Shown: positions 24,492 to 36,099 of the stretch, piece after piece | Position numbering within the stretch: the first letter of the stretch is position 1 | How the letters are laid out: each line of letters opens with the position of its first letter | NCBI RefSeq assembly: GCF_003704095.1 | Contig: NW_020844976.1 | Coordinates: 62,001 to 126,000 of the forward strand | Direction: 5' to 3' | Source: Pocillopora damicornis | Lineage: Eukaryota | DNA: 64,000 nt | Translations under genes and position numbers: made by a program | Notes under the pieces: generated by a model | What the model was told of the DNA's origin: nothing | Databases searched by the model: none | The model's input: only the letters and a program-made list of their open reading frames with translations

Positions 24492-26393
24492 ATGATCTGG
24501 ATTACACAAGAGAAGAACTGGTCGATTGTGGTCTTCATTGTGGTCGCGTGCTTTTCATTTGGAATCACAAACCTTTCTGCTACAATAATCGTTGAAACGC
24601 AGTATGGCGAAATTATCGGCAAAACGACACAGTTTTTGGATGAAAACGACGGATTTCAAACCGTTTATTCATTTCTTGGAGTTCCTTTCGCCTCGCCGCC
24701 AGTGAATGAACTTCGGTTTGAACCTCCCCAACGCCCAGCTGCATGGAAGCCTCAAACATATAATGCAACCTTTTTCAGGAACGTTTGCCCACAAAAGAAT
24801 TTTTCTTACTTTGAAAAATCAATTCGCAACGTTTGGCCAGAATTTTCGTGGGAAAATGACTCAAATGAAGACTGCCTGTATTTGAATATTTTCACTCCAG
24901 GAAATAAGCCATCAAATGCGGGTCATTTTCATCCGGTTATAATGTTTATTCACGGAGGGAGTTATGCATTTGGGACAACTGCCCGTCATACCACGCCCGG
25001 AGAGGTACTACCCCGCTTGGGCGTTGTCCTAGTCACGATCCAGTACCGCCTCGGTCCATTTGGCTTTATGACTGCTGGTGATGGCGTTGCGCGCGGAAAC
25101 TGGGGCATGTTAGATCAAGTAGAGGCCCTAAAGTGGATAAAAGAAAACATCGAGGTATTTGGTGGAGACCCGAACAGAGTGACCATATTAGGGGTGAGCT
25201 CCGGTGGGGCCAGTGTTGGCCTACACATCTTGTCCCCACTGTCAGAGGGGCTTTTTCATCGAGCTATAACCGAGAGTGGCGTGGAATTTTCACCATTTGC
25301 TTTTAATTCGGTGAAAAAAGCCATCGACAAGACGAACATCACTGCGGGGAAACTTAGCTGTGATACGACCAGTAGTAAAAGAATGATGGACTGTCTTCGA
25401 AGCAAAAGCGCTCAGAGTATCATCGACAAATTTGATTGGCGAAACACGGGGCCCATCATCGACAGGTATTTTATTTATGATACACCCAAAAATCTTCGCC
25501 GGTCTGGCAAATTCAACAAGGTTCCCCTTATAAGTGGCTTTAACAGCCATGAAGGAGCGCACAATACCCCCCAGGAATTTCATCCTCCAAGAGATATTAC
25601 GACTTCTGTCCTGAGAGAATTTATCAACAACTTCGTGGAAAATCATATACTGCAGGACAACAACAAAACCGCTGTGATCATTGAAGACGCAATTGAATTC
25701 CAGTACACTCCATGGAGTAAAACGCCTGACTCACCCTCCCTCCGTCAAGAAATCGTCAACATTATGTCAGACTACTACGTAGCAGCTCCCACTCTGGGGG
25801 TGTTGGGGATCCATAGCGCGCTTGCTCCCACTTACATGTTTGAGTTCAACCACAGGTCTGCAGAAAGCGATACAGATGCCTGGATGGGGGTAGCACATGG
25901 AGAAAACACGCCCTACGTGTTTGGTGCGCCATTTCTGAACAGTACTGCGTTGAATTTCACAAATGAAGATCGGAATATAAGTCGCTTAATCATGACGCTT
26001 TATGCGAACTTTGCCAAGTACGGGAACCCAACACCTCACCGGGTACATGGGGTCATCTGGGACAGGTTCAACACCGCTAGTAAGTTGTACTTACGTATTA
26101 ATAACAGATCTCAAATGGGAGCTTACTACGAATCGCGTAGAATGGCGTTTTGGAACAACTACTACCCAAAGATACTGAACCTAACAAAACCAGAATCGCT
26201 TACGAAACACAGCGGGGATGACGTAAAACCTACGGATAACCCGAGAAACTACACCGGGGAAGACGCAAGACCTACGGATAACCCGAGAAACTATACCACA
26301 TGCTCAAACATCGGTGTCAAACTATTCTTGAACACAGGCTTCCTCGGTTTTCTTTCATCTGTACTTCTTGTGTTGCCAGATGTCTTTATCTGA
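24492..26393 (+). CDS. Type-B carboxylesterase / cholinesterase-like enzyme (CES-B), signal peptide and probable GPI anchor, intronless CDS, 633 aa
   Basis: Motifs: FLGVPFASPP, EDCLYLNIF, HGGSY, catalytic GVSSG, SHEG, VAHGE. Hydrophobic N- and C-termini. Clear paralog of CES-A. Confidence 0.93.
   Translation: MIWITQEKNWSIVVFIVVACFSFGITNLSATIIVETQYGEIIGKTTQFLDENDGFQTVYSFLGVPFASPPVNELRFEPPQRPAAWKPQTYNATFFRNVCPQKNFSYFEKSIRNVWPEFSWENDSNEDCLYLNIFTPGNKPSNAGHFHPVIMFIHGGSYAFGTTARHTTPGEVLPRLGVVLVTIQYRLGPFGFMTAGDGVARGNWGMLDQVEALKWIKENIEVFGGDPNRVTILGVSSGGASVGLHILSPLSEGLFHRAITESGVEFSPFAFNSVKKAIDKTNITAGKLSCDTTSSKRMMDCLRSKSAQSIIDKFDWRNTGPIIDRYFIYDTPKNLRRSGKFNKVPLISGFNSHEGAHNTPQEFHPPRDITTSVLREFINNFVENHILQDNNKTAVIIEDAIEFQYTPWSKTPDSPSLRQEIVNIMSDYYVAAPTLGVLGIHSALAPTYMFEFNHRSAESDTDAWMGVAHGENTPYVFGAPFLNSTALNFTNEDRNISRLIMTLYANFAKYGNPTPHRVHGVIWDRFNTASKLYLRINNRSQMGAYYESRRMAFWNNYYPKILNLTKPESLTKHSGDDVKPTDNPRNYTGEDARPTDNPRNYTTCSNIGVKLFLNTGFLGFLSSVLLVLPDVFI
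26213..26296 (+). repeat. Two 42-bp in-frame tandem repeats in the CES-B stalk
   Basis: Encodes GDDVKPTDNPRNYT / GEDARPTDNPRNYT. Confidence 0.9.
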
Positions 26394-27536
26394 TTTTGAA
26401 ATTCTGTAGTAATCAACCGCAAGGTGAAACAGAATTATTCATTTACTGAAAAGCGGTTGGGGTTTATCTTCTCAAGGGCAACGAGTTTGCAGGACACTTC
26501 ATCGTCAAAAGCTACTCCTAATGGCTCTTGAAGAGCCAAATTTTAATTGAGTTTTCTTTATTTGGAACTGAGCAGAGCTAAAACCAGAAGTCACTGAACT
26601 GTAAAATGCTGGGAATACTGGAAGGAGAGCAAGCGATGCGCATTGTTATATACGGAAATATAAACAATTTATCCCACCAATTTTGAGAAATTTCCACCCT
26701 TGATGCCTGTATTTGACATCGGATACATTTTCCTGCCTGTATAATCCTAGTGATCTCTGGGAAAGCCTTAAATTCTTTTCACGAAAATACTTGATAGTTT
26801 ATCAAAATATATACCGGGAGCATTTATCTCCGAAGGAAATACCGTGCCTCAACGTGTTTTCCTTCTAACCGGCTGTATTTGTGGCTTCGCCTAAATTTAA
26901 ATTTCGATGTTGTTAATAGTACGTATATGTAACCTGAATTTTTAAGGAAAGAGCTTTCTGATGGAGTTTTAATAGTTGAACCGTATTATTACTTTTTGAT
27001 CTTAATTATAGATCTTTTTATGAAAAACTGAAATGTTTAGAGACTGACAACGTATTATTATCAGTGCTGTTATTATCAAGTTCAATTAAAATGTTACTCA
27101 AATGCTAAACACAAGAAATCCTCACTTTAAATTAGTATTTCTCAAAACCAATATACAAACTAAACAAAATAAATGTTTCCGCGGACAAACATATCACATT
27201 CAATTTCGCGCACTTAGTTTCTCCTCCACTACTTTTTTCCTCTCTTCTTGCTCTGAGCTTTTTTTTCCTGCTTAGCGCGATCATTAAATACCTACGCGGA
27301 CGATTTCTTACAAATTAAAGTCAAATTATGCGCTGAATAAACGCGGATTGAGTTGACAAGAATACATTCTACAAAAATATTGGAAACGCTATTAGAAATG
27401 AATTAAATATGAAGGCTAAAGGCACCAATATTAAGTTATTGTGTGCGCGATCTGCTCTTTCGCCCTATATCAACACTTGCAATTTCATCCTAATTTGTGT
27501 TCATCGTTTTATTAATTTCGGATGCTTTTGGCCGTG

Positions 27537-27740
27537 TAACTCTCAAAAGTGATTAAAATGTGACTTCTCCCCGTTAAATCCACACATTACCTGGCAAACA
27601 GGTAATGAAAAAACTCAAAACTTATCAGTAAAGAAGTTGTTATCTTGATCTAACACCAAATTCTCGTAACTACCCATAACGAAATAATTAGCAGCTAGAG
27701 ATGAGAATTAACAATCAGATCTCTTGAGTTAAAGGGTTAA
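27537..27740. mobile_element. piggyBac-like MITE, reverse orientation to 5421-5633
   Basis: TAACTCTCAAAAGTGATTAA...AACAATCAGATCTCTTGAGTTAAAGGGTTAA is the reverse complement of the same family. Confidence 0.7.
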
Positions 27741-28086
27741 ACAGAGAGAAGCCTACTCCTTATCGGTAAAATTTCATATAGAGAGACTGCGGCACTCAAA
27801 GCGAGGACGAGTCTGTAATGTAGTGTGTAAATTACGATTTGGAGACAAGTGAAAAGCAGACAAAGTTTTAATCAAACAAAGTAAATATTTTTTTATTTGA
27901 ATGTTCCTCGTGCTTACACACACCTACGAATGAACTTTCAGCAATTCGTCCTCTCTCTGCCTTCTATTTCATTTGTACAAAGCAAATACAACAAAAAAAA
28001 TCCACTGAAAAAGTACTGTACGAACGCTAAACTTAGAAGTTATTACTAATTCTCGTGCCAATGACGTTGCATCACCACGTGGTCGC

Positions 28087-29654
28087 TTACTTTCTGCCAG
28101 AGCAACACGAGGTCGGGCAGGATGAGACACAGGTATGGGCGCACACTGGAGGACACGGAGGGGGTGGTGGTGGTGGAGGAGCAGGTTCTCCGGGTGGTCC
28201 TGGGGGTCCCTGGGGTCCGGGTGGTCCTGGAGGTCCGGCCTCTCCCATGGGTCCGATAGGTCCAACTGGTCCGGGAGGTCCCATTCTTCCTGAAGGTCCT
28301 GGGGGTCCTGGCTTAGCTGGCTCTGGTGGTGGTGGGGGTGGGGGTGGTGGCGGTGGTGGTGCTGGTGGCGGAGGCATACAACAGGACACCGCACAAGCGG
28401 GCGCACAGCTACCGGGACATCCTGGGGGACACGGGTTAGCGTTTCTTTTGTATGCTGCGGGAGAAAAACGAGAAACAAAAAAGACGTTTAAGTTCATTCG
28501 AGACTTCACAAGATATTGCGCTACTAACTGGTCTCAGACACTACTGTCAATTCCAATATTTGGAGTCAAAAATTTTAATAAGATTTTCATCATGGTCTCC
28601 TAAATAACTTATCATTGTTAATGCCAAAACTTGACATTTTACGAGTTCAAGGTCACAATATTTTATTTACCACGCTTATTGTGAAATATGAATTGAAAAA
28701 TACCCCATACCTTACAAAGTCAGTTTTTGTCTAGTTAAAGATGCAAACAGTCTGATTTATTTCTAGTTATATGATAAGGAACACCTGAAGACACTGTTCA
28801 AATTGTAATCATTTATCGATTAACTCAAAACGACTCGGATATCATTTGTAAAAGTTTGATTTTGGAATGGTAACCTAATTTTGGAAGTTGAATGAATTAT
28901 AAATTGTCCAAAAAATGTTTTCACTTCTCGCTTCACTAACTTGCAGGTTTCGACGGGAACCCGCTTTTAACAAAAACTCACCAACCAATCAAATTTCAGT
29001 TTTTCGTAAATTGAATCACTTTGAGGGTCACACAAGAAGTAAACGAAAAATTACAACTTCTTAAAAAGTTCACAACGCATCTTCGTTTTAGTGTTTTCGT
29101 AAACGACTGCTTGAAGTCAAAGTATTTCGAGAGTAAGTACGAGATAAATGTCACAGCTTCAAATATAATTGAAATACTTTGTTTGATGATTTAATCGTAT
29201 TATCTGGTTACGATACATTCACAACTTTGCGCTCCAATAATCAACTTTAAACAAATATCTTAAGGTTGATCGATCGAGAGCAGTTTTACTTTATAATTCA
29301 CCGATCATCAATTATTCATCACCTGGCCTTTTGTCGGTTCACAGAAGCGGCTTCTGAGAGGGATCTCTCATCGCCTTTTTTTAATATCTTCAAAATCTGC
29401 TCCATTTTAATCACAGATGAAATCCGTTCGGTGTAATAATTTTCCGCAGGCATAGCAAACTCATAAAGGTTATAACCATTTGAAATAATCTTTGATGGTG
29501 TGCCATTGCATTGCTCATATCTAGATTAAATTTTACTACAGCGAAGGTGCTTGACGAGGAAAAAAAATTAAACATGAAAATGTAACTTACTTGATCTAGC
29601 ATAAGTTGATGCTACCATGAGCGCTAAGCATCCTAGGATCAATTTAGACGCCAT
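28087..29654 (-). CDS. Nematocyst minicollagen (single N- and C-terminal cysteine-rich domain, NCol-1 type), 143 aa, 2 coding exons
   Basis: Exons 29654-29591 and 28454-28087. Signal and propeptide [46 protein letters not shown], polyproline, 14 Gly-X-Y triplets, polyproline, [21 protein letters not shown], then SGRK*. Confidence 0.97.
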
Positions 29655-30000
29655 CTGAAAAATAAAGACAGACATATGTCATAAAACTTGTCCATTTATA
29701 TCAAATTCGAGCTGTCTACAATTTTGAACAAATCCTTTAAATGATTTTTAGACTTGCTTCCAAATTTCCTTCCTCTATTTTGTGACTTTACATCGAAGAA
29801 AATTAAGAATCACAAGTTATTCTCTTTGTACGGTTTTTGCTTAAAATTTTTTTATAATTTTCCTGACTTTGAAATAATAGGCGTCAAGAGACCCTATGTC
29901 CCCACCTATAATCATTAAGTTCACCTGGCTATTACCTATGCGAAGATTCTTAGTCAAGGTCAGTTAGGAAATAAAAAAGATTATCCAACTCAATTCCCTA

Positions 30001-30062
30001 CCTCTGGATCCCAGCGAAGCGATCTTGAAATGTGCTTGAATAAAGCTCCTTTCTGATTTATA
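30001..30062 (-). promoter_or_regulatory. Minicollagen TATA box and short non-coding first exon
   Basis: Minus-strand TATAAA at 30062-30057 and donor GAG|GTAGGG at ~30001. The ATG at 29654 is directly preceded by the acceptor TTTTTCAG. Confidence 0.6.
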
Positions 30063-32436
30063 CCCTGGAAGTCATCAATTATACACAAACTCGGACGTGT
30101 TATAGCACGCTCTATAGTTCTCTTTGTTCCTCCCTCTTTTGTTATTTACTGAGGAATTTAACGCAGCTATGCCTTGAGCGCATGCGCTAGAGGACTTGTA
30201 AAAGTCGCGGAAAATAGTGGTATCATTTAGACTGAAATTACTGAAATAAAAAATCGTAATAGAAAATCCGAAAACTCTGTCTAAATGTTGGTTGTAAAGT
30301 TGGTACTTCGGTTAAATATTGTGTTATTTCTGATATCGATTACACCAAAGTAGATAAAAATTCTACCCCTTGGAAACCTGTCAAAAGTGAATTATTTACA
30401 AGTTGCAAAACCAGAGACTCAGTCAAACGAAACGCCATTCTTTATTCTCTATTGGTTGTCTCGCTGCTTTCCCAGGAGCCAAACAGGTGTCAAAAAACTG
30501 GCACCATTATCTTCAATAAACAACAGAGCAAGTGCCCCTTTCTCCTCTCGTGTTACGCTTCAATTCCTTGGAAAAATCACCAGTTGTCAAAATTTTCACT
30601 CCAGCGATTTTGCGTTCCTCTCGATCTGACGAAAAAATGTTTGACAGAAAAAGAAGAATGCATCGCACAATTATCTCTTCTGATCGAGTCGTTTTTACTG
30701 AAGATTCCAGTTGTTTTAACGCGAATTTTTGTAAACATTTCAACCCCATGACGCGGTTTGACGCTTTATTGGTAAACATTCCCCCTAAACTCTGGGACAT
30801 TTTTTTTTGAGGGTGGGGGTGGGGTTTATTTGGAGCCGTCTGACACAAATTTGTGTGGAGTACAACTTTAAAGAAATAAGTTTATTTTGCTTGATTTTCA
30901 TGTTAACTCATTTTATCGGTAACACTGTCAGTTTACTTTTCCAGGTGATAGCTTTTTTGTTAGTTGAACCAAGCAATCCTTTCAGATTGGTCGGAATTCA
31001 GATAAACAAATGTTCCTTGCTTGTGGCCACTTGGTTCTTTACTTAGAACCACACATCAAAGGTAAACGTATATGATTCATCGTTTAATATCGACGACTGG
31101 ATAGTAAACAACACTGAAGTACTCTTCCATAGGAAATTGCGCGCGCTGGGTCGCAAGGTCTCCAGAAAGCCACAGCAAATGTTAGAACGCAGTTTTATAC
31201 ATGCTCAAAGATTTTTCATCGCACGGACTTAGGCTTCGCTGAATTGTGATCAAAATAAACTATGCTATCGACAGATATACACTCAATTTTCATATCCGGC
31301 CATCGAATCTACGTTCAGTGTTTTGAGACTGTGCTTGGTGTTACAGTCAACAGAATTCATCTACCTAAAATTCGAAACAACAAAAAATAAACGTCTTTGT
31401 ATGAGTGAGTTTCCTTTAAATTAACTTCCGTCAAACAATGAAACACCGTACTTTTAAACAGCAAGAACATGTGGACAATTCCTCTCGCATGATCATCCAA
31501 TAAATCACGTTCCCCGTCAATTCAAGCCACTAAAGAACAGGCTGTAATTTTTATCAGCTTTTACTTCTTTAATATCTCGCGTCTTTCAAATGCGAGAAGT
31601 TCCGTCTGGTGGCACACAATTGCCCATGATGACAACAATGTTTTTCACACAGGGTGCATCAAAATTGGTGCATTACACAGCAATTCGTTATGTATCCTTT
31701 GTCTACAGCGTTAAGAACTGTGCAGATGGGTCAATAGATGACGAAAAATACGGATTCTCCTGATCAAGCATTCGCAAAAGCTTTAATCTGTGACAGAAAA
31801 CACTACCAGGCTTCTAGCAGGTGAGCACGTGTGACACCAAAATAACGTATCTCATTGGCTCAGTGGATTTTGCGCCAAATTTGATCAGAAAAACACCCGT
31901 TACCTTAAAAGGCCAGTGGTTAAGGAGAGTGACCCTTGAAATTTTGCTTAAACATGACTAGTGCGGGTAAACCGATTAATATGCCACTCTTTGAAACGAC
32001 GTGACTAATGTATTATTAGGCGTGGACTTTCTGAACAAAGTAAAATATAACAAAAACAAAAGGAAACTGGGATTTTGAAGTTTATTTTCCATTGCTCGGG
32101 CTAGAACTCAATAGATAGAACATATAAATTGGAAAATACATGGAAATTATCGGGTTTATAATACAACGACCTTATTAAAGTGAGCCTCACAAGACTCTCA
32201 AGTAAGTTGGTACATAATATAAAGAGTAAGAGAACGGCGAGAAAACCATATCTAGTTATTCCAACCTTCAGTGATGTTCAAATTGAACTTGGAACAGTCC
32301 CTTCATGACACGCGGTCATACGAGTCCGCGAAACCTGGAGCGAGTTTGTAAACGTCCTGCACTTAACACGTCGTGGTCACGTTCCTTTCATGAGCAAATA
32401 AGCAGAGGCGATCATGTGAATAGCACGAGCCTCGCA

Positions 32437-35400
32437 TTAAGTTCCTCTGATGCCCAGGGCTTGTTCCAGCTCGGCTCTCTTCTGTTGTACCTGAATTATA
32501 TTAACAAAAAGAAATTCAGAACTTTGGCTCTGCAAATTGACAACTACAAAGCATTCTTCTGTGTCATAAGGTGCAAATACTACGAAGAGCAGTCTACGAA
32601 AACAATTTTCAGAGTGCCCTAATAATAATCGTTTGGCCTGAACAGATTAAAAGTTTTTGGGTGATCATTACCTTTCCATAAAAGTAGCGGCAAACTGCTT
32701 CTTGTGACCAGGGAAGATGAAAGAAATCAGCTCTCCGCTCTTCTTCTGGATTTCCGACCACATCAGTCATAACCTGAAAGATGACAGGAATTTCAACACG
32801 TGTCACAGGGAAAACAAAAGGTGCCGCAGGATACCTAACTAATATCACAAAAAGAACAAACTGCAGCCACAAGAAGACCAGCCAATGCCGCACGATAAAC
32901 GAGTGGTGTCACGGAAGAGCCAATCACAGTCACATTATAAAACAACCAATATCTTCTTCAATGAAGATCAACCAGCTCAAAAGAGAGAACTTGAGCACCA
33001 AGCACTCCCACAGTGAGAACAAACACAGTAACCACCGACAAATTTCAGGATACCTATAATAGGCTGAGGTCTTAAATCAACAACATTGCGCAACCTTGTT
33101 GATATATTTACCTTGAGATCTTGACTTTGGGACTGTATCCATTGATTGATAAATTCCTTAAAAACAGATACCAAGGATATGTGTCAGTGCTACAAAACAA
33201 AACTGAATACTATAAAAAGAAAAACAACAAGTTGCAACAGCATAGTCATGGCATTTTTTGTATTGTCATGTACCATTTCTCCCAAAAAAGGAAAAGTGTT
33301 TCATGAAATTGTTTCATACGTAACAGAGCAGTATACTCACTGGAGGATCTCTTGCAAACCCAAGAAAGAATTCCCGGTTAATCTTCAACTGATTGATTGT
33401 CTCAACTGTCTCATAAATCTGCAAAACAAAAAAAAACAAAAAAAAAACAAAAGGAATGATTCAGAAACTTAATTTCAACGGCAGTTTAGCAAGAGTAAAA
33501 ACTAACGATACTGTTGGGTTTATTTTTAACTCTTCAGCTCAATGATGGGAAACTAAAAAATCTCAGCTCACCTTGTTGTCATATGCAGTGATCTCATTCT
33601 GACTTGCAGTAGAAAGAAGAAAAGACTGCATTTGAGCCTTGAGCGTGTCATCCTTCAAAAAGAAATAATTTCAGAAATTATTGAAACAGCAAACCAAGCA
33701 CAACATTTGTAAACACAACCAGTTGATTTATAGATACATAATTTGTAAAAAGGTTGCTGTTACTTAAAGGTTTTCTAAGAACTTATCCCAATAATATCCT
33801 TACATTATCTGGCAAAAAGGTAACAAGAGTACTCAAACTCAAGTGGAAGTTGTTATCTTGATCTAACACCAAATTGTCTGAACTAATGTACAAGGAAATG
33901 TGTAGCAGTAGAGAGAATTAACAATCATATCTTGAGAATTAAAGGATTTAACCTACAATAAAACTTACACGACTAATTACAACAAGAATGACATAACATA
34001 TGATAATAGAGAAAGGTTTCCTTAGAAGTGATTAACATGTAACTGTAACTTCTCCCAAACATATCCTTACATTATCTAGCAACAACAGAGAGGAGAATCA
34101 ACTATCAGATCTTGAGAATTAAAGGGTTAAACCTACATTAAAACTTTAACAATTAATTACAGCAAGAATGTCATGACAGATATTATAACAGAGATATGGT
34201 GCTAAGTAAAATAAAACCAAACTGTTTAACTTACAACTTCTACTTCAATGTCATAGCAAGTTGTTCTCTTGTTTTCAGGTGTTTCTTTGCTATGAGGAAA
34301 AGACAACTGATTAAATTAATGATTCAGTAAAATTTGTGCTTGAAAAATTATGCTAAACTATTCCTGTTGTAGTTTGATTACATTAGTTTTCATTTTGTTT
34401 GAAGTTTTGTTCCCATCCATGTTATACAGGAATGGGAAAAAAATTGAAAGATAACCAGTTTGACAACTCCTAAACAAAAAGGAACTACAGAGCTATCACT
34501 TATACCTCAGCTGATGGAGGATACTATAGTTTACCTTATAAGGTGATGAATAACAATGGGATCTGGAGGTAATAACAAGGAACTCAAACGCTGAGGAATC
34601 TCACTAAACTTCATGCGATTACATTCAAAAATCTGAAAGCAAATAACATTGAATCAGTTACAATACCAATGACCAAATTTGATTTAACAAAACTTGCAGA
34701 GTTTTCATGGTATAAAGAATTAAATGCATAGTCATGTTCTCATAGTATTTCTGAGTAGAAATAGGTGGAGATGACTAAAGAGAGTTTGGAAGTTGAACAT
34801 CAGATCTGACCTGCTGAAAGTATCTGTCACAGTTTATGTACTCCCTCTCATGAGAATCTTGCAAGTTGTGACTCTGAAAGTAATTAAAGAAAAAATAACA
34901 TAACCTAAGGTAGCAGAGACAATTTTAAATCTTAATCAAGAGGTTTGGGTTACAACAAAATCTGTTGAAACTGTTTACCCACAGAGTCAAGCTCACCTTA
35001 ATATACTGCCATAAAGCATTGACAATCACCGGCCTTGTTTGAGTGTGAATACCCATAAGCCTTGCTAATCTGGGATCCAGTTTGTACTGTGGAGGCTAAC
35101 AAAACAGTTTATGCTTTGGTTAGTTACAAGGTTATGATACAGTAATCAATTAATTAATTTACTACTGACATCTGATTTATACCTCTTACCTGGTAATCCA
35201 ACAGGAACATGATAGTGCACTTCACATTTTCTTCTCCAGGCCTTTTAACCTTAAATGAGATCAGATGCTTTAAAAAGGGCATTGAAGAGTGATTCAAGAC
35301 TTTTAATCTGACACAGGCAAACTGCTTTTGTTGATGGTGACACTGACTAATGTTTTGACAACCTGAATGGGAGTCTTTATCAGAGTCCACTTGGTTCTGA

Positions 35401-36033
35401 AAATGACTCCAAGTCAATTCATTGAGATGACTGTCATTGTAGATAACAACAGTACTGTAGAGATTGCAAACCAAGAGAAAACATGATCAAAATTTTCCCA
35501 AGAATTTGGAGGTTGCATTGACAATGCTCAAAAACAACATGCAGTAAGAAGTCCTGGACAAAATTCCATACCTGAAAACCATCAGTCTCTTGAGTTGAAC
35601 TGGTGCGATGCCACTGAAAAAAATTAAAAACAAATATACCCTGGATTACTTGCAGTGCTCAACAAACAAATCTTTCTTAGTACTTTCTACTGATCCAATC
35701 TACTGAATATTTCACATTTTGTTTCACCAAATCCAAGATTGTATCACCTTCATCACTGCTATAATGTACCTCAACTAGGTGATTATCTGGCCCATATAAC
35801 TCCCTGTCCAACTCTATCACAAGACTCTTGAAATATGTTGAGAACTTTCGTTTCTGTCTTGGACCATCAGTCTTGGGAGCCTGCATCTGTGTGCATGACA
35901 CATAACCATTTTGGTAAATTCAGGCAAACATTAATTTTTCTTTGTACGGTGAAACCTGTATAAATTATATACCAACTTGCAACCCAAAATTCACATCCCA
36001 AATTTCTCCAGAAAACCAACCTATATACATATC

Positions 36034-36099
<66 letters not shown>

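Noticed and set aside
16233-26393. Horizontal transfer or bacterial contamination as the origin of the intronless genes
   Set aside because: They have animal-type signal peptides, GPI-like tails, N-glycosylation sequons and disulfide loops, and they are embedded among spliced coral genes.
27969-28603. His-rich ORF (27969-28478, -) and Gly-rich ORF (28055-28603, +)
   Set aside because: These are alternative-frame and antisense shadows of the GC-rich polyproline/collagen exon of the minicollagen.
29322-29405. Short minus-strand ORF ([28 protein letters not shown]) inside the minicollagen intron
   Set aside because: Only 28 codons, no acceptor or homology support, and the two flanking minicollagen exons already join in frame.
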